DNA of 64,000 bases from an uncultured Ktedonobacterales bacterium. Lineage in GTDB: Bacteria; Chloroflexota; Ktedonobacteria; Ktedonobacterales; JADMIN01. Below are positions 63,481 to 64,000 of the stretch, one piece after another (position 1 is the stretch's first letter; the number at the start of each line of letters is the position of its first letter). The position numbers were made by a program, and so were the translations under genes. The notes under the pieces are model-generated. The model was not told the DNA's origin. It did not search any database and worked only from the letters and a program-made list of their open reading frames with translations. The DNA lies in NCBI GenBank assembly GCA_964427535.1, contig CAYRVF010000001.1:2217-66216 (forward strand), read 5' to 3'.

Positions 63481-64000
63481 GTGACCGCTGAGAGATATCT
63501 CGTCACCGGAGCCGCGGGCTTCATTGGGTCGCACCTTGCCCAAGCGCTCGTGGAGCGTGGGGCCGTTGTGCGTGTTCTGGACAACTTCGCCACTGGGCAC
63601 GAAGCTAATCTGCGCGTCCTAGACGGCCACGCAGAACTCATCCAAGGCGACCTGCGCGATCCGCAGACGGTGCGCGCCGCTGTCGCCGGTATCGACGTCG
63701 TCTTTCACCAGGCTGCGCTGGCCTCGGTGCCGCGCTCCATTGCCGATCCACTCACGTCACTTGAGACGAATGTCAACGGGACGCAACACGTGCTGCTGGC
63801 CGCGCGCGACGCCGGGGTGCGACGCGTTGTCTATGCTGGGTCTTCATCGGTCTATGGAGATACGCCTGTGCTCCCCAAGCGAGAGGATATGTGCCCTCAT
63901 CCCCTCTCTCCCTATGCACTGCAGAAACTCACCGGTGAACTGCTGTGTGGTGTCTTCACGCGCATCTACGGCCTTGAGACCGTCGTTCTCCGCTACTTCA
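63481..64000 (+). CDS. NAD-dependent sugar nucleotide 4-epimerase (WbpP/TviC-like), N-terminal part; not in the supplied ORF track
   Basis: My own translation from GTG 63481 (GAGGTG RBS 4 nt upstream) gives [44 protein letters not shown]...SSSVYGD...[11 protein letters not shown]...VVLRYF. The frame is open to the window end. Confidence 0.85.
   Translation, partial: MTAERYLVTGAAGFIGSHLAQALVERGAVVRVLDNFATGHEANLRVLDGHAELIQGDLRDPQTVRAAVAGIDVVFHQAALASVPRSIADPLTSLETNVNGTQHVLLAARDAGVRRVVYAGSSSVYGDTPVLPKREDMCPHPLSPYALQKLTGELLCGVFTRIYGLETVVLRYF

Overview
High-GC bacterial chromosomal window with monoderm-like gene content, possibly Chloroflexota or Actinomycetota; that taxon call is inference only. 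No rRNA, tRNA, CRISPR array, transposase or integrase was recognised. The window has three parts. (1) 1-12.7 kb is housekeeping: an aminotransferase fragment, a membrane-anchored protein, an amylo-alpha-1,6-glucosidase, guaB, an FHA-PrsW membrane protease, a DUF697 GTPase, recD2 and a DedA protein. (2) 13.8-22.4 kb is a signalling island with two HisKA_3 histidine kinases, three LuxR/NarL regulators (one with a degenerate receiver) and a possible stand-alone receiver. It also holds a tightly coupled four-gene operon: small helical protein, polyprenyl-synthase-like protein with a degenerate second Asp motif, PDZ/multi-TM/GAF kinase, regulator. About 1 kb stretches without credible ORFs separate these genes. 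(3) 22.8-64 kb is a surface-glycan locus of more than 41 kb that continues past the window end. It encodes nucleotide-sugar enzymes (Ugd, GalU-like, WbpB/WbpD/WbpE-like, UDP-GlcA 4-epimerase, WbpP-like epimerase). It also has five GT4 glycosyltransferases, a small priming phosphoglycosyl transferase, a Wzz/BY-kinase, two AsnB-like amidotransferases, a FemAB/CelD-like acyltransferase and a CE4 deacetylase. Three methyltransferases and three exported beta-rich proteins complete the set. The two most unusual items are both in this locus. One is a ComA-ComB (sulfolactate) + MurI (D-Glu) + ATP-grasp ligase cassette bracketed by outward-facing methyltransferase paralogs. The other is a single 1009-codon ORF fusing a MurJ-like flippase to a Wzy_C polymerase/ligase domain. 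Intergenic regions are long and rich in GC hairpins, short tandem repeats and one perfect 34-bp palindrome. All functional calls rest on motif recognition by eye in the supplied translations; no database search was run.
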